Source: Chloroflexota bacterium
Lineage (GTDB): Bacteria > Chloroflexota > Dehalococcoidia > Lucifugimonadales > JADFKI01
Reading direction: 5' to 3'
Assembly: GCA_027623195.1 (NCBI GenBank)
Contig: JAQBUT010000006.1
Coordinates: 1 to 64,000, forward strand
DNA length: 64,000 nucleotides
How positions within the stretch are numbered: the stretch's first letter is position 1; each line of letters starts with the position of its first letter. Position numbers and translations under genes: made by a program. The notes beneath the pieces are model-generated. The model was not told the DNA's origin. It saw only the letters and a program-made list of their open reading frames with translations, and did no database searches. Positions 10,124-18,534 of this stretch are shown here, one piece after another.

Positions 10124-10419
10124 TTCTAGACGCGCCCTCAGACAACATACGATCAAAGGCCCCGAAAACATTGCCTCGGTTAACAAGACGCTCTTTTTAA
10201 TTCGACATAGGTAGGACTTTCAGATACTTCCCTCGCGCCATTAGGCCGCGTTTCGGCTTGCTGTTGGTATGTCCCCCAATAACCTTCAAGACCGACCCCC
10301 ACAAGAAAACTAGCAGATAACACTTCCGTAACACTCCCCTCATTAGAATCAGGTTAAGAGAAAGTTTCTCTTTTCAATTACATAACCGATTCAAAATCAT
10401 CAGTGGGGGGAATGGGAAG

Positions 10420-11859
10420 ATGCGCAAACTTATCATCGCTGCAATTATCGGCGTTATAGCCGTTATGGGGACATTTGGAGCCACACAGGCCCAGGGCGTT
10501 TTATCCCACAACATTGTGGCTACCGACGCCGACCTCGTGCTGACCAAGGGCGACTCCCCTGATCCTGTCCAGGTCGGCGACCATCTGACCTACACCCTGG
10601 TGGTGACCAACCACGGTCCCGCCACATCCACCAGCGTAATGTTGGAGGACACTCTTCCCGGCAATGTGACCTTCGTTTCCGCATCGTCCACTTCGGGCAC
10701 ATGCAGCGAAACGTCCGGCCTCGTCACCTGTAGCTTGGGAGACCTTAGCCTTGGCGGCGTAGTCACCGCCACGATAATCGTCATTCCTAACGTTGCCACA
10801 GATATAACCAACACGGCGCGCGTTCATGGCAACGAAGACGATCCCAACAACTCCAACAACGACGCTGCTGAAATAACAACTGTCGTTGCATCATCCAATC
10901 AAGCTGACATCTCGGTCGATAAGGCCGGCTCTCCCAACCCGGTACCAGTGGGAGGCTCCCTTACATTCATTGTGGGGGTGGTCAACCATGGTCCTGCCAC
11001 CTCCACAGGCGTGACGCTGGTGGACACGCTTCCGGCTGAAGTAACGTTCTCGTCGGCCACAGCGACTGCGGGAACTTGCGGCGAGTCCGGCGGAGTGGTG
11101 ACCTGTGACATCGGCACATTGCTGCCGAATGAGTCTGCTACCGCCACCATAATCGTTGTGGCCGATCACGCCGGTACCATCGTAAATAGCGTAGAGGTCG
11201 ACGCCGACCAGGTCGACCCTGTTCCCGGCAACAATACTGATGAAGTAACCATAACGGTCGTGGAAGTCACCACGGAAATGCAGATTGACATCAGGCCTGG
11301 TTCGGATCGAAATCCCTTGAATCTACGCAGCCGGGGCATGCTGCCCGTAGCCATCATGGGCGCTACCAATTTCGACGTGAACGACATTGACCTATCTACC
11401 ATACGGTTCGGGGTGGATGGCGACAACACTATGCCTCAACACCGCAGGGTGGGCCATATCAAAGACATAAATAGCGACGGCATCGACGACATGATGCTTC
11501 ACTTCAGGACGCAGGCGTTGGGCATAAGTCGCGACACCGAAAGGGGTGACATCGTAACCCTCTTCCTGACGGGCGAGCTGAACGACGGAACCGAGTTCGA
11601 CGGCGAGGACACCGTGACCATCGTAGGCAATAGGCATCACTACTTCGGCTTCATGGATGGTGGCAAATGGGGCAAGCATTTCGGCCAGAACGAATCCGAC
11701 GACGAGCACAGCGACCACCCGTCCAAGGGCAACGGTCATAGTTTGAACGATGACGACGATGACGACCACCACCCGTCCAGCGCAGGCAGTCAGGGCAAAG
11801 ACAAGGGAAAATCCAATGGCCATAATAGGGGCCAATCAGGAAAGTCTCACGACGACTAA
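10420..11859 (+). CDS. Secreted protein with two DUF11 (Ig-like) repeats and an Asp/His/Gly-rich tail
   Basis: Signal peptide ending TQA; two repeats of 'AD(L/I)..K..SP.PV.VG..LT....V.NHGPATST.V.L.DTLP..VTF.SA'. Confidence 0.88.
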   Translation: MRKLIIAAIIGVIAVMGTFGATQAQGVLSHNIVATDADLVLTKGDSPDPVQVGDHLTYTLVVTNHGPATSTSVMLEDTLPGNVTFVSASSTSGTCSETSGLVTCSLGDLSLGGVVTATIIVIPNVATDITNTARVHGNEDDPNNSNNDAAEITTVVASSNQADISVDKAGSPNPVPVGGSLTFIVGVVNHGPATSTGVTLVDTLPAEVTFSSATATAGTCGESGGVVTCDIGTLLPNESATATIIVVADHAGTIVNSVEVDADQVDPVPGNNTDEVTITVVEVTTEMQIDIRPGSDRNPLNLRSRGMLPVAIMGATNFDVNDIDLSTIRFGVDGDNTMPQHRRVGHIKDINSDGIDDMMLHFRTQALGISRDTERGDIVTLFLTGELNDGTEFDGEDTVTIVGNRHHYFGFMDGGKWGKHFGQNESDDEHSDHPSKGNGHSLNDDDDDDHHPSSAGSQGKDKGKSNGHNRGQSGKSHDD

Positions 11860-11886
11860 CTAATCCAAGTCAACACCCCTCCATTT

Positions 11887-11927
11887 AAATATGCCCATGA
11901 TCAATTAATGATCGTGGGCATATTTTT
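11887..11927 (+). terminator. Intrinsic terminator
   Basis: aaatatgcccatgatca / tgatcgtgggcatattt hairpin plus T-run. Confidence 0.75.
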
Positions 11928-11976
11928 AACGGGAAATTAACCGCGTGACTCACGCCGTTGGGATATACTGCGTAGC

Positions 11977-12879
11977 ATGAATTGGCTAACCATAGCCATC
12001 GCCAGCGCAGTCGTGTTCGCACTCGTGTCCATTCTTGACAAGGTCATCCTGGTTCGCTACATACGCGACCCGAGGACCTTCATCGTCATGGTGGGCTTCA
12101 TTCAGTTTCCCATGGGATTGGTGGTCCTGCCCTTCGCTCCCTTCGAAAGCTATTCTGCCGTAACCCTTGCGGCCGGGTACTTTTCCGGCTTCCTCTGGGG
12201 CCTCTCCCTAACGGCAATGTTCCTGGCCATGAGCCGCGAGGACGTATCCAGAGTAGTTCCCGTCATATCCATTTCACCGGTTTTCGTGGCCATACTGGCA
12301 GTGATATTCCTGTCGGAACAGATCACGGCGCTGCAGTGGCTGGCCATAATAATTACAGTAGCGGGCGCAGTTGTTATCTCGGCCAGGACTTCGGGGACTT
12401 CACGACTGCCAACGTTCAATTCGACATTCGTTCTGCTCATCGCAGGCAGCATCTGCATAGCGGGAGGACAATTCCTAACTAAAGTAGCTGCGGAAGAAAT
12501 GGGCGTGTGGAACCTGTTCACCCTGCGCAACATAGGTCTGGGTTCCGCATGTGTACTATTCATGTTCCGGCCCTATGTACTCCGCGAAATAGTACGGGCG
12601 TTGTCGAATGTAACCTCGGCTGGAGTCTTCTTCCTGACTGAAGGAGCGCTGGTGTTCATCGGCCTGGTACTGACGATATGGGCCATAGACCAGGGCCCCG
12701 TTTCACTGGTGGTCACTGCCATGTCTTCGCGCCCACTTTTTGTTTTCATGATGAGCATCGTCCTGAGCCTTCCGATGTGGAGATTGTTAAACGAACCACT
12801 AGACCGCCGTACGTTGGTAACCAAGATTATCTCCACCGCCATGATAGTGTTAGGGATTAGCGGGATTTCTCTTCTTTAG
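11977..12879 (+). CDS. EamA/DMT family transporter
   Basis: About 10 TM segments in two EamA-like halves; 'DVSRVVP...SPVFVAILA..FL.E'. Confidence 0.88.
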   Translation: MNWLTIAIASAVVFALVSILDKVILVRYIRDPRTFIVMVGFIQFPMGLVVLPFAPFESYSAVTLAAGYFSGFLWGLSLTAMFLAMSREDVSRVVPVISISPVFVAILAVIFLSEQITALQWLAIIITVAGAVVISARTSGTSRLPTFNSTFVLLIAGSICIAGGQFLTKVAAEEMGVWNLFTLRNIGLGSACVLFMFRPYVLREIVRALSNVTSAGVFFLTEGALVFIGLVLTIWAIDQGPVSLVVTAMSSRPLFVFMMSIVLSLPMWRLLNEPLDRRTLVTKIISTAMIVLGISGISLL

Positions 12880-12996
12880 GGCATTAATAGACTGCCGGGT
12901 GCTCATGCTATTCTCACGCCAGTGGCTGTAACATAAGTTTCTGATGCTTGATATCTATGGCAAATTAAGCCCGCACATGATGCTCTACGACTGTAG

Positions 12997-13788
12997 GTGC
13001 ACATGGATCTGATTTCGGCTCTGCTGGGGGCACTGGTCGGGCTGGTGCTGGGCACCGTCGGCGCGGGAGGCTCCCTGGTGGCCGTACCTGCGTTGGTTTA
13101 CGTGGTCGGCCTGGACGCCAAGGTCGCCACCACAGCTTCCCTCATCATAGTCGGCTCCATAGCATTGGGCGGCATGGCGGCGCACCTGCGAGCGGGAAGA
13201 GTCCGGATCGGTTCGGGCCTGATGTTTGGCATAACAGGGATTGGCGGCTCTTTCGGTGGCTCCTACCTCAACCGCATCATCGACCCCAATGTCCTGCTCC
13301 TCGGCGTTTCCTTGCTAATGGCTGCGGTGGCGGTGACCATGCTGCGCCGCAAAAGCAGCAGCGCTCGCGATGAGACTCAAGATCCCTCAGCGATCAGCTT
13401 TACCATGAGAGACATGAAATCGGTGGCGAAAATGCTGGCGTTAGGGACTGCGGTTGGGTTCATGGCCGGGTTCTTCGGAGTTGGCGGCGGCATCGTGGTG
13501 GTGCCAGCCCTCTCGATTGTCATGGGCTTCACCATGCGGGTGGCCATAGGCACATCGCTGCTAGTTATCACCTTCAATTCGGCTGTGGCATTGGCGTCCA
13601 GGCTAGGGCTTCAACAAGAGATTCCCTGGGGGCCGGTTATCTCTTTCACGCTCGCAGGCCTCGTTGGGGTCGTGGTGGGCAGCCAGGTCGCTGGCAAGAT
13701 CCGCTCTGAGCTGCTGGCGAGAGGCTTCGGCGTGGTGATTCTCCTAGTTGCAGGCTACACCGCCGTGCAGTCCATCAGAGAACTGTGA
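12997..13788 (+). CDS. TauE/SafE family sulfite/anion exporter
   Basis: 'GTVGAGGSL.AVP' and 'GFFGVGGG.VVVP...AIGTSL'. Confidence 0.9.
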   Translation: MHMDLISALLGALVGLVLGTVGAGGSLVAVPALVYVVGLDAKVATTASLIIVGSIALGGMAAHLRAGRVRIGSGLMFGITGIGGSFGGSYLNRIIDPNVLLLGVSLLMAAVAVTMLRRKSSSARDETQDPSAISFTMRDMKSVAKMLALGTAVGFMAGFFGVGGGIVVVPALSIVMGFTMRVAIGTSLLVITFNSAVALASRLGLQQEIPWGPVISFTLAGLVGVVVGSQVAGKIRSELLARGFGVVILLVAGYTAVQSIREL

Positions 13789-13933
13789 CGCACGGCTAAG
13801 ACTAAGCCTTGTTGGCGCCTGAAATCACGGGGTGCTGCCCAGCTATGTTAACAACCAATCGCAAATGCACTCCAAACCTGAGCTCATGGTTCGAGGCACT
13901 CCCAAACGTCCATAATTGAGGTGAGGGAGTGTA

Positions 13934-14581
13934 ATGGCAATACCCCAGTTTAACTACACAGAGGCCATCCTAGTCATCAAGCCCCTATTTCTTTTTGTGA
14001 TGGCGATATCTCTGTACGCCATTTTCGTCTTCAAGTTTTACAGATTCTTGTCCAGACGAGACATACTCCAGCTGAACCTGGATAAGCATAACCACTCACG
14101 CCTGCGTTTCATAAGAAGGGCGACTTCATTCGTACTCTACTGCGGGAAGTTTCTCATCGTGTTTCCAATCCTGGCATTCTTCTGGTTCCTCGTCCTCACG
14201 GTGTTGCTAACGATGATGGCCAAGGGGCAAGGCCTGGATGGAATACTTCTGGTCTCTATGGCGGTTGTCGGCTCAATCAGGGTGGCGTCGTACTACAACG
14301 AGGCGTTGTCGACGGACCTGGCCAAGATTCTACCTTTTGCCCTTCTGGGTATCCTGCTAATCGACAGCTCCATAGTCTCCGTTTCCGGTTCGCTAGCAAA
14401 CCTCAACGCGGCGCTTGCCCGTTGGGAAACGATGCTTTACTACCTGGTTGCTATCGTTCTTCTGGAGTTCGTACTGCGAATGGTTTCCACCATCTTCTTC
14501 AACCTATCTGTCTTAGCTGCCAGGGCAGAGTTGGAGAAGGCAGACCGTGCGCGAGCCCACAGCTTCCTAGCGCAGGACTAG
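13934..14581 (+). CDS. Hypothetical membrane protein
   Basis: RBS GAGGGAG; 5-6 hydrophobic segments; 'YYNEALSTDLAKILP' motif. Confidence 0.75.
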   Translation: MAIPQFNYTEAILVIKPLFLFVMAISLYAIFVFKFYRFLSRRDILQLNLDKHNHSRLRFIRRATSFVLYCGKFLIVFPILAFFWFLVLTVLLTMMAKGQGLDGILLVSMAVVGSIRVASYYNEALSTDLAKILPFALLGILLIDSSIVSVSGSLANLNAALARWETMLYYLVAIVLLEFVLRMVSTIFFNLSVLAARAELEKADRARAHSFLAQD

Positions 14582-14608
14582 TAGGAAACATCGCTCTTGC
14601 TTGATAGG

Positions 14609-15418
14609 CTAAGAGCCCTCGTCTACCAAAATGCCAAACCTCTCGAACAGAAGTGCATTGGCCTGGCTCGGCGACATCATTGCCCCTCGCAGGCTGGCTA
14701 CTTCTAGCTGAGAGGCTGAGATGTAAGAGCCACGAAAGTCCGCCCCATCGAAGACCGTCTCCTCACTAACGTTGGCCCCTGTCAGATGGCAATTCTCGAA
14801 GGTGACATTTGTGAAGTTGCAGCCGGACAGGTCTGCCTCGGTGAAATTCATGCCCGTCAGCCGACGGCCCTTGAAGTCCTTGAAGCGTAGCGCAGCCATG
14901 CTGAAGTCCACGCGGTCGAACTTTGCGCCGTCCAGGTTGGCCGAAGACAGGTCCACCGCACGGAACCGACACCCGGCAAGCTCGGCCCCGAACAGATTGG
15001 CCCCATCGAAGTTACATGCCGAAAAATCACAGTCGTTCAGGCGCGACAGATTAAGCTTTGCCCCTCGGAAGTTGGCTTCAGCGCATTCCGAGCTGGCGAA
15101 CTCTGCGTCGAGCACATCAGCCTTCTCGAAGTTGGCCCCGCGTAGATCGCAATCGGTGAGCTTGAGGCTCGGGCACATCAGATTGGTGAACTTCGCGCCT
15201 CGCAAAGAGCAGGCCTGAAGCTCCAGAACTTCGGCATCGAAGTCAATGAGATCAGCCTCATCGAAACAGCACTCGCGGAAGGTAAAGCCCTGCCGCAGTA
15301 ACGAGGCAAGCTGATCGGCGTCCGTTATGGTGAGTCCATGATGAATCAACGGCCTTGGAACCTCACAAATCTGCCTTTTTTCAAAAGTCGCAAGTGGCAT
15401 GTGGTTCGACAGGCACAA
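14609..15418 (-). CDS. Pentapeptide repeat protein (start uncertain)
   Basis: Long A(D/N)(L/F)xx repeats such as ANFEK ADVLD, ANFRG AKLNL, ANLDG AKFDR. Confidence 0.9.
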   Translation of the reverse strand: MCLSNHMPLATFEKRQICEVPRPLIHHGLTITDADQLASLLRQGFTFRECCFDEADLIDFDAEVLELQACSLRGAKFTNLMCPSLKLTDCDLRGANFEKADVLDAEFASSECAEANFRGAKLNLSRLNDCDFSACNFDGANLFGAELAGCRFRAVDLSSANLDGAKFDRVDFSMAALRFKDFKGRRLTGMNFTEADLSGCNFTNVTFENCHLTGANVSEETVFDGADFRGSYISASQLEVASLRGAMMSPSQANALLFERFGILVDEGS

Positions 15419-15576
15419 GACGAACGTAGGTATAAAAAGTCCCTTCGTCCTAAGCCTGTCCTAGGATGATTTACGGGAACGAGGTACATTAGGTCCAAAG
15501 CCCATCAAAGGGAAAGGACATGAAAGAGAACTCATCCGACCTCTCCTATGTCCTGCCTCTAGGATATATGGAAAAC

Positions 15577-16374
15577 CTAATGCATGTGATTGCCGCCGCT
15601 GACGTTAATGGCCTGGCCCGTGATGTTCTGAGAAAAATCGGAGGCCAGAAAGGCCGCCAGATTGCCAATGTCCTCGGGGGTCTGCTCGCGGCCCAAAGGC
15701 GTTGAGCTATCAACGTAATCCTCGAACAGTTCTCGTTGGGTCTTGCCTTCTGGATTGGGCGTCATGGCGGTGCGGGCTGTAATGCGCTCCCACATAGGAG
15801 TCCACAATAGACCGGGGCAAATGGCGTTTACGTTAATGTTATGGGGAGCCAAATCCAGCGCCTGCCCTTGAGTCAGGCTAATGACTCCGGCCTTGGAAAC
15901 ATTGTAGGGCATGTTCCTGTCACTGCCTCTACGCCCAGCTATGGAGGCGATATTGATGATTTTGCCGTAGCGCCTTTCCTTCATCTTTGGGGCCACGGCA
16001 TCTGTGACGCGGACGATGCCCTTAACGTTTACCTCGAATATGAAGTCCCAATCCTCTTCATTGGGCTTCTCCCTGTCTTCCCAACCACCCGCGCCGATTA
16101 CGCCGGCGTTGTTGACCAGCACGTCCACTCTCCCAAATCGCTCCGTAACCTGCCTGACCATGGCCTCCACCGACGCCTGGGCCGTAACGTCCACAGCGAC
16201 TGCCATGGACTGCCTACCGACTGCGGCCACCTCCTGCGCAACGGATTCTGCGTTGGCCAGGATTAGGTCCACCACAGCCACATCGGCGCCATTGTTGGCA
16301 AGGACGAGGCTTATGCCCCTGCCAATGCCGCGTCCGCCACCTGTGACCAGAGCTATTTTGCCGCTGACGTTCAT
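15577..16374 (-). CDS. SDR family oxidoreductase
   Basis: TGGGRGIG, NNAG, YNVSK, ITGQAINVSGG. Confidence 0.93.
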   Translation of the reverse strand: MNVSGKIALVTGGGRGIGRGISLVLANNGADVAVVDLILANAESVAQEVAAVGRQSMAVAVDVTAQASVEAMVRQVTERFGRVDVLVNNAGVIGAGGWEDREKPNEEDWDFIFEVNVKGIVRVTDAVAPKMKERRYGKIINIASIAGRRGSDRNMPYNVSKAGVISLTQGQALDLAPHNINVNAICPGLLWTPMWERITARTAMTPNPEGKTQRELFEDYVDSSTPLGREQTPEDIGNLAAFLASDFSQNITGQAINVSGGNHMH

Positions 16375-16484
16375 GTTCCTAACCTCAGGAAAAATTGAAT
16401 TGAATACTTCTCTACTACATCATAGACGTGTGCGAGTGTAATGCTGGCGTGTTTCAGTGTCAACGCTAACGGCGCTTGGATGGT

Positions 16485-16513
16485 TTGACGACCCAGATAT
16501 TTGATGTTAATCT
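16485..16513 (+). promoter_or_regulatory. Sigma70-type promoter for amtB-glnK
   Basis: TTGACG-17nt-TAATCT with TGn extended -10. Confidence 0.6.
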
Positions 16514-16519
16514 ACACCG

Positions 16520-16720
16520 CGTTTTCAATACTAAGTTCTGGCGGGTATGCAGGGCTTGCTGAGACCTGGTATTAACCAGCCAGGCTTAAATGTTCAGGCC
16601 GTCGATTCCAAGACAAATGCTTGATCGGCCTGAGCGCATCCTCTGTATTCCGTCCACCAACGCAGCGCATTTAAGTATCCGACGCTTAGCCAATTCCGGA
16701 CATTAACGAGGAGGCATGAC
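16520..16720 (+). ncRNA. Candidate structured cis-regulatory leader of amtB
   Basis: Nested complementary segments (16540-52/16643-54, 16591-601/16626-36, 16584-93/16667-76, 16531-36/16684-89). Confidence 0.4.
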
Positions 16721-16725
16721 TTCTG

Positions 16726-17961
16726 ATGATTGATAGTGGCGATACAGCTTGGGTGATGATGTCCTCGGCTCTTGTTCTCCTGATGCTGCCGGGGCTGGCC
16801 TTCTTCTATGGAGGACTGGTCCGCAGGAAGAACCTACTGGCCACTGTGATGCAGAGCTTCATCATCATGGGCATCGTTGGCGTGCAGTGGGTCTTATGGG
16901 GTTATTCGCTAGCCTTTGGAACTGACTTTGGCCACGTCATTGGCGGATTCGATTACATAGGGCTCAAGGGCGTGGGTATCGAACCACTAGAGGGACAGAC
17001 CATCCCGCACCTAACCTTCATGATGTTTCAGGGCATGTTCGCCATCATCACCCCAGCGCTGATTACAGGGGCCTTTGCTGAGCGTATGAAGTTCAGCACT
17101 TTCATCGTTTTCACGCTGGTATGGTCCACCCTGGTTTACGCTCCAGTGGCCCACTGGGTTTGGGGCGGCGGCTGGATTGGCGACATGAGCGTTCTTGGAA
17201 TAGGCCTTAGCGGCGGCGCGCTGGACTTCGCCGGAGGAAACGTAGTGCACATCACCTCGGGCGTTGGCGCGCTGGCGGCGGCGCTGGTATTTGGCAAACG
17301 CATCGGTTTCGGCAGCCAGCCCATGGAACCCAACAACCTTATTCTTGTGGTGCTTGGAACGGGTCTTCTCTGGTTCGGCTGGTTTGGCTTTAACGCCGGC
17401 AGCGCGCTGGCAGCCGATGGCATAGCCGCTTCAGCCTTCGTGGCGACCAACACCGCAGCGGCTATGGGAGCCGTTACATGGATGACCATGGCCTGGATTG
17501 TTCAGGGCAAACCCAGCGTAATCGGCGCAGCGTCAGGAGCGGTGGCAGGCCTGGTGGCCATTACACCGGCGGCGGGATTCGTGGAGCCCCTTCCGGCAAT
17601 TCTCATCGGTCTGGGAGCAGGCGCGTTCTCCTTCGTGGCGGTGCAGATTCGCCTCCGCTGGAAGTTTGACGACGCGCTGGACGTCTGGGCGGTACACGGC
17701 GTTTCCGGCACCTGGGGAGGCATCGCCGTCGGCCTTTTCGCCACTGCGGCGCTTGGTGGAGTCGAAGGCCTCTGGCACGGAAACCCCGGACAGTTGGTCA
17801 ACCAGTTGGTTGCCATAGTTGCAACGTGGGTGTACGCATTCGCAATCACCTTTGCTATCCTGAAGGTGCTGGACAAACTCATGGGCATTCGAGTTACAGA
17901 GGATGAAGAATCCATTGGACTGGATATGTCTCAGCACGGAGAGACGCCTTATGTCGAATAG
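16726..17961 (+). CDS. amtB: Ammonium transporter
   Basis: 'PGLAFFYGGLVR', 'DFAGG.VVH', 'LWFGWFGFN', 'DDALDV..VHG'; twin His present. Confidence 0.97.
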   Translation: MIDSGDTAWVMMSSALVLLMLPGLAFFYGGLVRRKNLLATVMQSFIIMGIVGVQWVLWGYSLAFGTDFGHVIGGFDYIGLKGVGIEPLEGQTIPHLTFMMFQGMFAIITPALITGAFAERMKFSTFIVFTLVWSTLVYAPVAHWVWGGGWIGDMSVLGIGLSGGALDFAGGNVVHITSGVGALAAALVFGKRIGFGSQPMEPNNLILVVLGTGLLWFGWFGFNAGSALAADGIAASAFVATNTAAAMGAVTWMTMAWIVQGKPSVIGAASGAVAGLVAITPAAGFVEPLPAILIGLGAGAFSFVAVQIRLRWKFDDALDVWAVHGVSGTWGGIAVGLFATAALGGVEGLWHGNPGQLVNQLVAIVATWVYAFAITFAILKVLDKLMGIRVTEDEESIGLDMSQHGETPYVE

Positions 17962-18000
17962 ACCTGCACCAGGACATATCCCATCCAGGAGGAAAACTAG

Positions 18001-18342
18001 ATGAACAAGATAGAAGCCATTATCAGGCCGGACAAATTCGAGACCGTGAAGAGCGCCTTGACCGAGGCGGGATACGTTGGAATGAACACCGTGAACGTTA
18101 CGGGCCGGGGAAACCAGCGGGGCGTTATCCACACGGGCAGGGGAGCGCAAGCCATTGAGATTGATATGCTTCCTAAAATAAAGGTGGAGTTGGTGGTGAA
18201 GACAGAGGACACGGACAAGGTCTGCAACATCATCATGGATGCGGCGCGCACAGGCAACATAGGCGACGGCAAGATTTTCGTTTCGCCTATATCCGCCGTA
18301 TATCGAGTCCGCACCGGCGAGAGGGACGACGAGGCTATCTAG
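18001..18342 (+). CDS. glnK: P-II nitrogen regulator
   Basis: 'EAIIRP', 'LPK.KVE', 'TGNIGDGKIFV', 'RVRTGE'; directly after amtB. Confidence 0.95.
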   Translation: MNKIEAIIRPDKFETVKSALTEAGYVGMNTVNVTGRGNQRGVIHTGRGAQAIEIDMLPKIKVELVVKTEDTDKVCNIIMDAARTGNIGDGKIFVSPISAVYRVRTGERDDEAI

Positions 18343-18367
18343 CCCTCTTTTCTTCCTGCTAGATTAG

Positions 18368-18413
18368 AAAAGGCCGAGGGTGGAATTATTTTTCCTGTAC
18401 CCTCGGCCTTTTT
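18368..18413. terminator. Bidirectional intrinsic terminator
   Basis: aaaaggccgagggt...accctcggcctttt between convergent genes. Confidence 0.85.
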
Positions 18414-18534
18414 GATTTTTACTTTCCCGGACCTTCGTAGATAACGTCGTTTCTAATTGCTTCTCTCCCAAAACGTTACGGGAGACGAAATTATCAGTAG
18501 GTACAACCTAAAAACGGAGAAACAGCCTCAGGCG

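Noticed and set aside
14609..15418. Qnr/MfpA-type gyrase protection
   Set aside because: Pentapeptide repeats alone do not support this and the gene is not adjacent to gyrB
15520..15705. 61-aa ORF with an RBS-like sequence
   Set aside because: Mostly antisense to the SDR gene; the start lies in a hairpin more likely to be the SDR terminator
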